NCBI GenBank assembly: GCA_050633305.1
Contig: JBOEGF010000017.1
Span: 14,433-78,432, forward strand
Direction: 5' to 3'
Origin: Nannocystales bacterium
GTDB taxonomy: Bacteria; Myxococcota_A; Polyangia; Nannocystales; Nannocystaceae
Length of the DNA: 64,000 nt
This document shows, piece after piece, positions 27,786-37,716 of this stretch (its first letter is position 1; the number at the start of each line of letters is the position of its first letter). The translations under genes were made by a program, and so were the position numbers. The notes under the pieces are model-generated. The model was given only the letters and a program-made list of their open reading frames with translations. It was not told the DNA's origin and did not search any database.

Positions 27786-28532
27786 CTACGCGGAGATTCT
27801 CAGGGCCTGCGCGGCCTCTTCACGAAGCTGCGCGTAGGGTCGTTGCCAGTCGGGCTTGGCGCTGTGGTCCCATGCGCGGACGGGCAGAGCGTTCTGCGTC
27901 GCGAGGCGTCGGTGCAAGGCGAGTTCGTCGGCGGGCGTGCGAGAGAACCCGAAGGGGTTGCGCGCCTGCGGGCCTTCGAGCGGGCCGTACTTGCTGTCGC
28001 CGGCGGCGATGAGCTCCAGCAACTCGCCACCGCGCCGATGCATACGCTCGATGAAGGCGGCATCGTAGGGACCCACCTCGGCACGGCAGCTCGGGTCGGC
28101 CGCGACCCACTTGGCCCAGTCGAAGCCGTAGACAAAGTCGTGGATGTAGCGAAAGCGGATGGGCCCCTGACTGCCGAACAGATGCTGGAGCGCTGCGATC
28201 CTCGACCACAGATGCCTGAGGGTCTCGGCCGGGTCGTCCGAACAGCGGGCCTGCTCGAGCTGCTTCGCCGCGAGGCCTTCGAGGTCCCACAGGAGGTTGT
28301 CGGGAAACGCGACGAGCATGGCGTCGATCGCAACGACCAGCCCAGTGATGAACGCCTCCTTCAATGCGACGGAGTCCGAGGGCAGCAGCAACCGGTCGCA
28401 CAACTCGGTGTGCAGGCGGGCGCGCGTTCGTCCCGGCTCGAGCGTCCAAAACGCCTCTCGCCCCGCGAGCTCTCGCTCGAGCGCGACGAAGTCAGACAAC
28501 GGCGCCTCCGAACAACAGGGCACCGACCGCAA
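27786..28532 (-). CDS. Conserved hypothetical protein
   Basis: Coding-like bias and an IRFRYIHDFVYGFDWAKWV motif. In an operon-like arrangement with its neighbours. Confidence 0.7.
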   Translation of the reverse strand: MRSVPCCSEAPLSDFVALERELAGREAFWTLEPGRTRARLHTELCDRLLLPSDSVALKEAFITGLVVAIDAMLVAFPDNLLWDLEGLAAKQLEQARCSDDPAETLRHLWSRIAALQHLFGSQGPIRFRYIHDFVYGFDWAKWVAADPSCRAEVGPYDAAFIERMHRRGGELLELIAAGDSKYGPLEGPQARNPFGFSRTPADELALHRRLATQNALPVRAWDHSAKPDWQRPYAQLREEAAQALRISA

Positions 28533-29442
28533 GCAATCCGGCCAACACCGTCGCGCCCCGCCAGATGACGTCGTGCAGACAATCCTTGTAGTGGGTGATG
28601 CCGACGTAGGTATCGATCTCCGCGGAAGCCCCCGCCTTTCGGAGGTCGGTGTACTCGACGCCCATCACCAGGATCACCGGCGCGAGCACCAGTCCCGAGA
28701 CCGCTCCGGGTGCGAGGATCGGCAGCAAGGCCCACACGATCATCCCGCCGAGCACCAAGCCCTCGACGGCCTGCCGGACAGCGATTGGACCAAAGAGGAC
28801 GGTGAAGGTTCGCTTGCCGCCCAGCCTGTCACTCGGCTCATCGGACAAGCCGGAGGCCAGCGCGCTGCTCAGCGCGAGCAGCAGGAAGGCGGGCAGAACC
28901 ACCATCGCCGGCGGGCTCACCTCGCCCGACTGCAGGTAGGCGTTCCACCACGGCAGGGCGAAGCCGACCCCGATCATCTCGAGCAACTCGCCCCCACCGC
29001 GGTAGTTGAGCCGCAACGGCGGCAGCGTGTAGGCCCAAAACAGGAACATGCACCCAGCGGCGCCCAGAGCCAGGCCAGGACGACCGAGCCAAAGCTGCGC
29101 GGCCAGGGCGACGCCTGCTGCCGCCGCACCCGCCCCAAGCCCTCCGTAGAGAACCGAGCGTGCATCGAGGATGTCGTCGACGATGGTCTTGGGGCTGCAC
29201 AGGTCGGGGAAAAGCCGGCGCTTGAGCGCATCGACCTCCTGGTCCCCCCAGTCGTTGAGCAGCACGACGAACGAGAGGTGGAACAGCGTGAACGCGAAGC
29301 CGGCGAGCAGTGCCAACACGTCCACCTGGCCCGTGGCGGCGATGCCCATGGCCTGCCCGAGCAGGGCCGCCACAAGGAGCTTGGGCCAACTGCCGGGCTT
29401 GAGCGCGTACAGCCAGCGCTCGCGCAACGACACGGGTCTCAC
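28492..29442 (-). CDS. UbiA-family prenyltransferase (MenA-like)
   Basis: Multi-TM with NDWGDQEVD, YTLPPLRLNYRGGGE and SDEPSDRLGGKRT. GTG 29442 lies 7 nt after TACACT. Confidence 0.85.
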   Translation of the reverse strand: MRPVSLRERWLYALKPGSWPKLLVAALLGQAMGIAATGQVDVLALLAGFAFTLFHLSFVVLLNDWGDQEVDALKRRLFPDLCSPKTIVDDILDARSVLYGGLGAGAAAAGVALAAQLWLGRPGLALGAAGCMFLFWAYTLPPLRLNYRGGGELLEMIGVGFALPWWNAYLQSGEVSPPAMVVLPAFLLLALSSALASGLSDEPSDRLGGKRTFTVLFGPIAVRQAVEGLVLGGMIVWALLPILAPGAVSGLVLAPVILVMGVEYTDLRKAGASAEIDTYVGITHYKDCLHDVIWRGATVLAGLLAVGALLFGGAVV

Positions 29443-29513
29443 GAACCGGAGTGTACGGGGTTTTCGAGCAGACGGCTTGTGAAGGGCCCGCGACGTCCCG
29501 TAGCGTCGCCGCC

Positions 29514-30950
29514 GTGCCCCGCTCGTCCGCCCTCGCGTTGCGGCTCGCGGCCTTCGCGTCCGTCGCTTTGATGTTCGCCTGCGGTCCCAAGCCCAGCGCC
29601 TCGACTCCTCCTGCGGCCGCCGACGCCCCCGCCCTGTCCGAGCCCGCCCCGGCAACCGCCCCCGCAAACGCTGCGGCCCTCGCCCCTCCCGTGCTCCTGC
29701 GCGGGGCCCGAGTCATGACGGCCGCGGGTGTGATCTACGAACACGGCGACGTGCTTCTGCGCGAGGGCAAGGTGGAAGCGGTCGGAGCCAAGCTCTCCGC
29801 GCCGAAGGGCGTGACCGTGTTCGACGCGACCGGGAAGACGATCACCCCGGGCATCATCGACACCCACTCGCACATCGGGGTGTACGCCGCTCCCGCTTTG
29901 GCGGCGCACAGCGACGGCAACGAGATGACCTCGGCCACGACGCCGCAGGTCCGGGCCGCCGACGGCTACTGGCCCCAAGACCCGCAGATCGATCTCGCCC
30001 GCGCCGCGGGGGTGACGACGATGCAGATTCTGCCCGGCTCCGCCAACCTGATCGGCGGACAGTCGGTCGTCGTGCGAACGACTCCGGGCGCACGCACGGT
30101 CGACGACGCACGCTTCGAAGGCGCCCCAGCGGGACTCAAGATGGCCTGTGGGGAGAACCCCAAGCGCGTGCATGGCGAAAAGGGCGGGCCGATGACTCGG
30201 ATGGGCAACATGGCCGGCTTCCGTGCCGCGTTTCAGAAGGCGACCGAGTACAAGCGAAAGCGGGCCGCCTGGGAGCGTAAGAAAGGGGAAGAGGACGCCG
30301 GAGGGCCGCCGGACCGTGACCTCGGCATGGAGGCGCTGGTGGGTGTGCTCGACGGCGAGATTCTGGTGCACAACCACTGCTACCGAGCCGACGACATGCT
30401 CGGGATGTTGGCGTTGGCGCAGGAGTTCGGCTTCGAGATCCGTAGCTTTCACCACGCCGTCGAGGCCTACAAGATCGCGGACCGGCTTGCCGACGCGGGT
30501 GTGAGCGCCTCGATGTGGGCAGACTGGTGGGGCTTCAAGGCGGAGGCCTACGACTCGATCCGGGCCAACGCGGCGATCGTCTCCACCCAGGGCGCGAGGG
30601 CGATCATCCACTCGGACTCGGCACAGGGCATTCAGCGGCTCAACCAGGAGGCCGCCAAGGCGAAGGCCGCGGGCGAGCGCGCCGGGCTCTCGATCAGTGA
30701 AGACGAAGCGCTGCGATGGATCACCGCCAACGCCGCTTGGGCATTGGGCATTCACGAGGTCACCGGCACGCTCGAGGCGGGCAAGCTGGCCGACGTCGTC
30801 GTGTGGAGCGGCGACCCGTTGAGCGTCTACACCCACGCCGAACGCGTGTACCTGGGCGGCGCGCTCGTGTACGACCGCGACGACCCCGAGCACCAACCCC
30901 ACACCGACTTTCTGGTCGGACAACCAGCCCAATCCGGAGACCTCCGATGA
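29514..30950 (+). CDS. Amidohydrolase family lipoprotein
   Basis: PGIIDTHSH metal motif, LKMACGENPK, HCYRAD, HSD and GKLADVVVWSGDP. Confidence 0.92.
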   Translation: MPRSSALALRLAAFASVALMFACGPKPSASTPPAAADAPALSEPAPATAPANAAALAPPVLLRGARVMTAAGVIYEHGDVLLREGKVEAVGAKLSAPKGVTVFDATGKTITPGIIDTHSHIGVYAAPALAAHSDGNEMTSATTPQVRAADGYWPQDPQIDLARAAGVTTMQILPGSANLIGGQSVVVRTTPGARTVDDARFEGAPAGLKMACGENPKRVHGEKGGPMTRMGNMAGFRAAFQKATEYKRKRAAWERKKGEEDAGGPPDRDLGMEALVGVLDGEILVHNHCYRADDMLGMLALAQEFGFEIRSFHHAVEAYKIADRLADAGVSASMWADWWGFKAEAYDSIRANAAIVSTQGARAIIHSDSAQGIQRLNQEAAKAKAAGERAGLSISEDEALRWITANAAWALGIHEVTGTLEAGKLADVVVWSGDPLSVYTHAERVYLGGALVYDRDDPEHQPHTDFLVGQPAQSGDLR

Positions 30951-32224
30951 AGACCCTCTCGCTCGTGATGTTTGCGCTGGCCTGGCTGCTCACGCCCGCC
31001 GCACACGCCAGTCCCCTGTCCTTCGATGGCGAACCCGCGCAGCCCCGTGTCGCGGTCGTTGGTGGTGCTGTGCACGATGGCACCGGCAAGGTGCTGGAGA
31101 ACGGGGTGGTCGAGTTCGAGGGCGCGCGTATCGTCCGAATCGGAACCGGGGAGGCCAGCCCGGGCGCCACGGTGATCGATGCCAAGGGCAAGCTCGTCAC
31201 GCCGGGTCTCATCGCCGCTTCCACCACGCTGGGGTTGGTGGAGATCGGGATGGAGGCCTCGACCCGCGATACCGCGCGGGGCGACGACGATCCGATTCGG
31301 GCGGCGTATGACGCCTCCCTCGCCGTGCATGCACAGAGCACGCTGCTCGCAGTGCAAGCGATCGACGGGGTGACATCGGCCGCAACGACGCCCCAAGGCG
31401 GTGTTCTCAGCGGTCAAGTGGCTTGGATCGATCTGCTCCCCGGCCACCACCACGACATCGTCGCCAAGCCCCGCATCGCGGTGGCGGGGGGCCTCGGGCA
31501 GCGGGTCGCCGGCTCCCGTGCGGCCACCCTCGCGCACCTGGCCGAGGTGCTCGACGACGCTCGAATCTACCGCACCCGAAAGGCCGCGTTCGAGCGCCGG
31601 GCGTCCCGGGACCTCGCCGCCCACCGACTCGACCTCGAAGCCCTCGGCCCGGTCTTGGGACGCGAGGTTCCCTTGGTCCTCGAAGCGCACCGAGTCAGCG
31701 ACCTGCTCGCGCTGATCGAGTTGGCCAAGACCCAAAAACTGCGCATCACGGTCACAGGCGCGTCGCAGGCGTGGCAGGTCGCGGACGAGTTGGCCGCCGC
31801 GAAGATTCCGGTGATCGTCGCCCCAACCGCGAACCTCCCGGGGGGGTTCGACCGCATCGGTGCTCGCATGGACAACGCGAGCCTGCTCCATGCCGCAGGG
31901 GCCACCGTCGGCATCGCAGCGCTCGGCGAAGCGCACAACGCCCGCAACGTGACCCAACAAGCCGGCATCGCGGTCGCGCACGGGTTGCCGCACGAGGTCG
32001 CGCTGACCGCTGTCACCCACGCCGTGGCGCTCGCGTACGGCATGGACGCGGACTACGGCAGCCTCGCGCCGGGCAAGGTCGCCAACATCGTGATCTGGCC
32101 GGCCGATCCCTTTGAGCTCTCGACGGTGCCCGAGGCCGTGGTGATCCGTGGAGAGTCGATTCCGCTACGCTCTCGGCAGACCGACCTGCGAGACCGCTAC
32201 CTGCGGCGTTTCGAGGCCCCATGA
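30947..32224 (+). CDS. Amidohydrolase-fold protein lacking the HxH motif
   Basis: DAKGKLVTPGLIAAST.LG and GSLAPGKVANIVIW..DP. ATGA-coupled to the previous gene. Confidence 0.88.
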   Translation: MKTLSLVMFALAWLLTPAAHASPLSFDGEPAQPRVAVVGGAVHDGTGKVLENGVVEFEGARIVRIGTGEASPGATVIDAKGKLVTPGLIAASTTLGLVEIGMEASTRDTARGDDDPIRAAYDASLAVHAQSTLLAVQAIDGVTSAATTPQGGVLSGQVAWIDLLPGHHHDIVAKPRIAVAGGLGQRVAGSRAATLAHLAEVLDDARIYRTRKAAFERRASRDLAAHRLDLEALGPVLGREVPLVLEAHRVSDLLALIELAKTQKLRITVTGASQAWQVADELAAAKIPVIVAPTANLPGGFDRIGARMDNASLLHAAGATVGIAALGEAHNARNVTQQAGIAVAHGLPHEVALTAVTHAVALAYGMDADYGSLAPGKVANIVIWPADPFELSTVPEAVVIRGESIPLRSRQTDLRDRYLRRFEAP

Positions 32225-33651
32225 CCGCGCTCGAGCCACCTCGTGCCGAGGTTGAGCGCTGGCTCGCGTTGATCGGGCGTCACGTGCTCGACCACGTCGA
32301 ACGCCTGCCCGACATGAGCTCGGCCGGCGCCGGAGAAGCCGGATTGCCGCAGGCCGAAGCGTTGAGCCTGCCGATCGCCGAGACCCCCCACGCGGACTTC
32401 GAGACCCTGCTGCAACACGTCGTGCAGGCCGCCGAGGTGTCCACAAACACCGCCGGGCCAGGATACCTCGCGTACATCCCCGGCGGCGGCCTGCTCACCG
32501 CGGGCGTCGCCGACCTGGTCGCGAACTGGATGAACCGCTACACCGGACTGAGTGCTGCGGCACCCGCCCTGTGTCGACTCGAGGCGGACGTCATTCGCTG
32601 GCTGGCGACGCAGTTCGGCTACGGTCCTGACGCCTACGGCCTGCTCACCAGCGGTGGCTCCCTCGCGAACTTCTCGGCGGTGGTCACCGCTCGGCACGCG
32701 CGGCTCGGCGAATCCGGCGACTATCGGGCGGCCCGGGTGTACACGTCGGCGCAAGCCCACCACAGCGTCTCGAAGTCGGTCGCACTGGCGGGGATCCCGC
32801 CGGCCAACGTCATCTCCATCGCGACCGACGACCGGTTGCGTATGCGACCCGATGCCCTCGACGCACAGGCCCGCACAGACCTCCAGGCCGGCCTGCAACC
32901 GTTCCTGCTGGTCACCGCCGCGGGAACCACGAACACGGGCGCCATCGATCCTCTGGGCCCGCTCTCCGACCTCTGCCAAACCCACGGGCTGTGGCACCAC
33001 GTCGACGGTGCGTACGGCGGCGCGTTCGCCTTGTGCGAAACAGGACGGTCTCGCCTCACCGACATCGAACGTGCGGACTCGATCACGTTCGACCCCCACA
33101 AGGGCATGTTCCTTCCATATGGCACGGGCTGCCTGCTGGTCCGTGATGGCGAAGCGCTGCGAGCTGCACACCAGGCCGACGCACCATACCTTCAGGACTT
33201 TGGTCGCGACGGCGGACTCCCACCCAGCCCGATGGACTTCGGTCCCGAGCTCAGCCGCGACTATCGGGGCCTCCGCGTCTGGCTCCCGCTGCAGCTGCAC
33301 GGCGCATCTGCGTTTCGTTCGGCGCTCGAAGAAAAGCTCTCCCTCGCGCAGCACCTGGCTGACGCGGTCGAGGCCTCCCCTGCCCTCGAATTGGTCGATG
33401 CTCCGCAGCTGACGGTGGTCCCATTTCGCCCAAAGCGAAGGGACGCGGAGCCGCTGCAGACATGGAATGCCCGATCGCTCGCGTTGTGTGAAGCGGTCAA
33501 CGCCTGCGGTCGGGTCTACCTGAGCACCACCCGTCTCCCGCACCCCGAGGGGGAGGTCGTCGCGGTCCGAGCGTGTGTCTTGAGCTTTCGCACCCACAGC
33601 GAGCAGATTGGCTACGCCATCGAAGACATCACGGCTGCCGCCGACTGCTAG
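32221..33651 (+). CDS. Group II PLP-dependent amino-acid decarboxylase
   Basis: SGGSLAN, AGTTNTGAID, HVDGAYGG and DSITFDPHK (PLP lysine). Confidence 0.92.
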   Translation: MTALEPPRAEVERWLALIGRHVLDHVERLPDMSSAGAGEAGLPQAEALSLPIAETPHADFETLLQHVVQAAEVSTNTAGPGYLAYIPGGGLLTAGVADLVANWMNRYTGLSAAAPALCRLEADVIRWLATQFGYGPDAYGLLTSGGSLANFSAVVTARHARLGESGDYRAARVYTSAQAHHSVSKSVALAGIPPANVISIATDDRLRMRPDALDAQARTDLQAGLQPFLLVTAAGTTNTGAIDPLGPLSDLCQTHGLWHHVDGAYGGAFALCETGRSRLTDIERADSITFDPHKGMFLPYGTGCLLVRDGEALRAAHQADAPYLQDFGRDGGLPPSPMDFGPELSRDYRGLRVWLPLQLHGASAFRSALEEKLSLAQHLADAVEASPALELVDAPQLTVVPFRPKRRDAEPLQTWNARSLALCEAVNACGRVYLSTTRLPHPEGEVVAVRACVLSFRTHSEQIGYAIEDITAAADC

Positions 33652-33662
33652 AACAGTGCTCG

Positions 33663-34037
33663 ATGAGCCACCCTTCGACGCGCAGCCTCGAGTACGGCCC
33701 CATCTTCGCCTGGTCCAAGCAGCACGACGGCCTGATCTACACATCGGGTCACGCGGCGGTCGGCGTGGAGGACCTCAAGTTCACCTACGGCGACTTTGTG
33801 CACGAGGCCCGTGCCACGTTCCAGAATCTGCAGCGCACGCTGGAGAAGGCGGGCTCGAGCTTGAAGAACGTCATCAAGGTCACCTGCTACATGACCGACC
33901 TGGGCAACTTCGGGCTCTTCAACCAGGTCTACACCGAGTTCTTCGATGTGGAAGCGCCCCCGGTCCGGACATGCGTCGAGGTCCGGCGGCTTCCGTACGA
34001 CTTCAAACTCGAAGTCGAAGTCGTCGCCAGCGCCTGA
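33663..34037 (+). CDS. RidA/YjgF family protein
   Basis: IYTSG, NL...LE.AGSSL.NVIKVT, FNQVY.EFF and P.RTCVEV.RLP. Confidence 0.9.
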   Translation: MSHPSTRSLEYGPIFAWSKQHDGLIYTSGHAAVGVEDLKFTYGDFVHEARATFQNLQRTLEKAGSSLKNVIKVTCYMTDLGNFGLFNQVYTEFFDVEAPPVRTCVEVRRLPYDFKLEVEVVASA

Positions 34038-34040
34038 GGC

Positions 34041-36761
34041 TCACGGGAGAGCCAAGAGCGCCGCAACCTCGTCGACCCGCGCGGCCTGATGGTTGGGCTG
34101 AGCCGCGAACGCCTTCGAAGCGTGCTCGAGGCTTGCGAGAACTTCGTCCTTCGCGTCCCCACGCTCCAACCGAGCTTTGGCCAGGGCCAGATGGGCACGA
34201 CCACGCTCGATGGGATGCACCGAGCCCTCGGACGAACGCCGCACCGCCTCCGCCGCGGCCTTGATGCTGGCGTCGGTGTCCAGCGCCTGCAGCTGAAGTT
34301 CCGATCGGAGGCGATACACAATGACGAGGAACGGATGCTCGGGATTGAGAGACGCCAGCAGCGGTTCGCCTTGCTGCAGCAGCTGGAGTCCAACGTCGGT
34401 GCGTTCGGTCGCGAGGGCAGACACCGCGCCCGAGATGCATAGGATCCCCGTGACGGGGTTGCCCTTGCCAAACAGCGCTTCGAGGTCGGCCATCAGCCGG
34501 TGTGTCGACGCAAGGGCCTCCGCATGCCTGCCTCGAGCGCGGGCCAGCGCATTCATGAAGTCGCGCGCTGCGATCGAGAACACATGTTTGTCTCCGTGCA
34601 GCTCGAGCACCCGCTGAGCGGCAGGCACCCCGATCCGTTCCGCACGCTGCGCGTGGCCGTTTTCGATCAATGCGATCGAGAAGTTGAGCTTGAGATGCTC
34701 TGCGGGTCGGGTGCCCTGTGCTCCGACCTCCTCGTAGCGCTGCAAGGCTTCCCCGTAGTGTGCCAACGCCGATGCCTCGAGACCGAGTTGGTGCTCAGCG
34801 TCGGCGAGATTTGCAAGCGCCTTGAGTCGGCCGACGGAGGTCGCACCGCTTCGCTTCTCCATGGCGTCGTCGACCTCCTCAAAACGAGTCTTCGCGGCCT
34901 GGAACTTGCCGCGGTACAGCTCCAGGGCCCCCAGGTTCGACTGCGCCCGCAGTCGAGTCCTCGCAGGAGTCCCGGGGACTGCCACCGCCTCTGCATAGGC
35001 CGCCTCGGCGGCATTGTAATCGCCGGTCAGCTGATGAGCGTTCCCCACCGCGACCTCGACAGCCGCCGAAGGACGCCCCGTCCGCCGCACCGCGGCGCGT
35101 GCTGCCGGGGCAAGCGCCACGACGATGCCGGCCTCGCCGTTGAGCGCGTAGGCCTGTAGCCGACTTGTGAGCGCCCGACTCGTCGCAAAATCGGACCCCG
35201 CCTCGCTTGCGAGTTCGAGCGCGGCCTCGAACTGCGTGTCGGCGGTGGCGGTGTCCCCCGCGGTCCTGGCCAGTCCTGCGAGGTCCGTCCGCGCGAGGGA
35301 CTCGACCCCCATCCAGCCCAAGGCCTTCGCCTCTTCCACCACGGCCTTCAACTCCGTCGCGGCGGCTTCATGACGGCCTGCGACAACCCACGTCCGACCT
35401 TTGGCCAAGCGTCGGAGGACCGCCTGAGCACGCGCGGGGTCCGAGACCTCGCGATACATCGCGTCCTCATCGGCGCGGCGGCAGTACTGGACGTCCTGCA
35501 GCGAATCCAAGAGCTGCTCGAACTCCTCTCCGCCCGCTTCGAGTGCGAGGTCTCGACTCGCCCGGAGCAGCTCGAGTCGCCCGTCGAGACAAACCCGTCG
35601 CGGCATGTCTTCGGCAGCGACACGACACGCCTCGACATATGCGTCCGCCAGGGACCCTGCGTAGACATCGAGCCCCGTCACGACGGCTGCCGCCCGATCG
35701 CTCGCAACATCATCCGCCGGCTCGTCGACCCGCGCGAGGAGCGTGTTTTTGTCGCTCTGAGACCACGCCCCCGCGACGTGCGATGCGGCGCCCTGACACT
35801 GGGTCTCCTCCGCGGTCGAGACGGCCCACATCGCTCCCGCGCCCAGGGATCCGGCCACAACGACAGCCGCCGCCGTCTGCCACTGGGTTCGCCGAGGCGG
35901 GGCCGTCTGTGCGAGCAGTGTCTCCATGTCGGGCCACCGGTCCGCGGCGTCGGTGGAGATTCCTTGCAACAGGGCGTGCCAGACCCCGCGCGGGATCGAG
36001 GTCGGACGGGCGGGAAGCTGGGTTTCACCTTCGAGGATGGCCCGCGAGATCGAGGACGGGGACATGCCGGGAAACGCTCGACGCCCCAACGCGCACTCGA
36101 GCCACGTGGCACAGAACGCGAACTGATCCGCGCGCGCATCGAGAGCCTCGCGACGGTGCTGCTCGGGAGGCATGTACGCAGGGGTCCCCAGCGGCGAGAC
36201 CTCGGTGCCACCCCCGGTACGGTCCTGAACCTGCGCCAGCCCGAAGTCCACAACGAGGACCCGCCCGTCATCGGCGATCATGACGTTCTCGGGCTTGAAG
36301 TCCAGGTGCACGAGGCTCTGGGCATGTGCCGCGGCGAGACCGAGCCCTGCCTGTCGCATGGCGGCCGAGAGCGCCGCCATGTTCCCTCGGTTGTCCTCGC
36401 TCCACGTCCGCAACGTTTTCCCCTCGACGTACTCCATGGCGATGAAGACGCCATCGGGAAGGTCGCCGACGTCGTGCACGGTGACGACATTGGGGTGCGA
36501 GAGGCGGGCCAGTGTTTGGGCCTCCTCGCGCAGCCGGGTGCTGCTGGAGCGCCGTCGGCGGACGATCTTCAGCGCGACGGTCCGATCGAGTTCGGGATCG
36601 TGCGCGGCGTACACGGTCCCCATTCCTCCCCGGCCCAACGTGCGCAACACGAGGTAGCGCCCAACGATGTCGCCACGCACCAGCTCCGACGACGCGTACT
36701 CCTGCCGTGGCGCATCGTCGGCGCCCAGAGTCTGGTCTTCGTCAATCGTGTGAGGCGTCAC
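34041..36761 (-). CDS. Ser/Thr protein kinase with TM segment and TPR repeats
   Basis: LGRGGMGTV, VALK, HLDFKPENV, DFGLA, GTPAYMPPE and a TPR-like C-terminus. Start uncertain. Confidence 0.92.
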   Translation of the reverse strand: MTPHTIDEDQTLGADDAPRQEYASSELVRGDIVGRYLVLRTLGRGGMGTVYAAHDPELDRTVALKIVRRRRSSSTRLREEAQTLARLSHPNVVTVHDVGDLPDGVFIAMEYVEGKTLRTWSEDNRGNMAALSAAMRQAGLGLAAAHAQSLVHLDFKPENVMIADDGRVLVVDFGLAQVQDRTGGGTEVSPLGTPAYMPPEQHRREALDARADQFAFCATWLECALGRRAFPGMSPSSISRAILEGETQLPARPTSIPRGVWHALLQGISTDAADRWPDMETLLAQTAPPRRTQWQTAAAVVVAGSLGAGAMWAVSTAEETQCQGAASHVAGAWSQSDKNTLLARVDEPADDVASDRAAAVVTGLDVYAGSLADAYVEACRVAAEDMPRRVCLDGRLELLRASRDLALEAGGEEFEQLLDSLQDVQYCRRADEDAMYREVSDPARAQAVLRRLAKGRTWVVAGRHEAAATELKAVVEEAKALGWMGVESLARTDLAGLARTAGDTATADTQFEAALELASEAGSDFATSRALTSRLQAYALNGEAGIVVALAPAARAAVRRTGRPSAAVEVAVGNAHQLTGDYNAAEAAYAEAVAVPGTPARTRLRAQSNLGALELYRGKFQAAKTRFEEVDDAMEKRSGATSVGRLKALANLADAEHQLGLEASALAHYGEALQRYEEVGAQGTRPAEHLKLNFSIALIENGHAQRAERIGVPAAQRVLELHGDKHVFSIAARDFMNALARARGRHAEALASTHRLMADLEALFGKGNPVTGILCISGAVSALATERTDVGLQLLQQGEPLLASLNPEHPFLVIVYRLRSELQLQALDTDASIKAAAEAVRRSSEGSVHPIERGRAHLALAKARLERGDAKDEVLASLEHASKAFAAQPNHQAARVDEVAALLALP

Positions 36762-36816
36762 GGCGACAGCCCCAAGCGTACACGGTTGCGGCAGCGTTCC
36801 TGTACCCTGAGCGTCG

Positions 36817-37716
36817 ATGCACCTGTTCCGTCGCCGCCACTGGCTCGAGCTCGCAGGGGCGGGGTGTATCGTCGGTTGCCGAGCCACAGGGACCCGCGCC
36901 CCAGAAGCCGCCCGGGAACCCTACCCTACATTTCGTGCCGCGCATCCTTCGGCTCTGCTCGAACCCGCGCCTGGCCCGGCCCGATTTGACAACGCCGCAT
37001 TGGATGCTCGGCTTGACCGTGTCCAATGGTCCGGGCCCCTGGGTCCCATGCACGGATGGCTTGCGGTCCCCGAGGGGGACGGGCCATTCCCGGGGCTGGT
37101 CTGGCTGCATGGAGCGTTTGCAGCCTCCGCCGAGCAGTTCGAGCCTCTCGGGACCCGATTCCCGCCGCCGGGCTTCGCCGTCTTCGTGCCCTCGTGGCGC
37201 GGCGAGAATGGCAACCCCGGCGAGCGGGAGTTGCTCGCCGGAGAACTGGACGACGCGGTCGCGGCGGTCCGATGGTTCGCGCAGCATCCCCAGGTGGACG
37301 CGGCGCGGGTGTTCGCTCTGGGTCACTCGGTTGGCGGCGCGCTCGCTGCCTTGCTGGCGCTGCTTCCCGACCTGCCCTTGCGGGAGACCGCCAGCGTGGG
37401 CGGGATCTATGTCCCGCAGACCTTCGTGCGATGGTCCAAGACCGAGCACAACGGACCCCTGGTTCGTTTTGACGCAACCGACCCCGATGAAGGGCGCCTG
37501 CGCACCCTCGAAGGCAACGTGGCCGATCTGCTGCGCCCCCACATCGCGTACGTCGGCCGGGACGACCCCTGGTTCCATCCCAACGTGGAACGGATGAAGA
37601 GCCTCGCAGTGCGCACCGGTGCCCCGTTCGAAGCGACCTACGTCGACGGGGATCACATGAGTTCCCTCGTCGCCGGGTACTCGATGTACGTCGCGCGGCT
37701 CCAGGAGTTCGTGTGA
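36817..37716 (+). CDS. Alpha/beta hydrolase (S9-like)
   Basis: VWLHG, RGENGNPG, GHSVGG nucleophile elbow and GDH. Confidence 0.85.
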   Translation: MHLFRRRHWLELAGAGCIVGCRATGTRAPEAAREPYPTFRAAHPSALLEPAPGPARFDNAALDARLDRVQWSGPLGPMHGWLAVPEGDGPFPGLVWLHGAFAASAEQFEPLGTRFPPPGFAVFVPSWRGENGNPGERELLAGELDDAVAAVRWFAQHPQVDAARVFALGHSVGGALAALLALLPDLPLRETASVGGIYVPQTFVRWSKTEHNGPLVRFDATDPDEGRLRTLEGNVADLLRPHIAYVGRDDPWFHPNVERMKSLAVRTGAPFEATYVDGDHMSSLVAGYSMYVARLQEFV

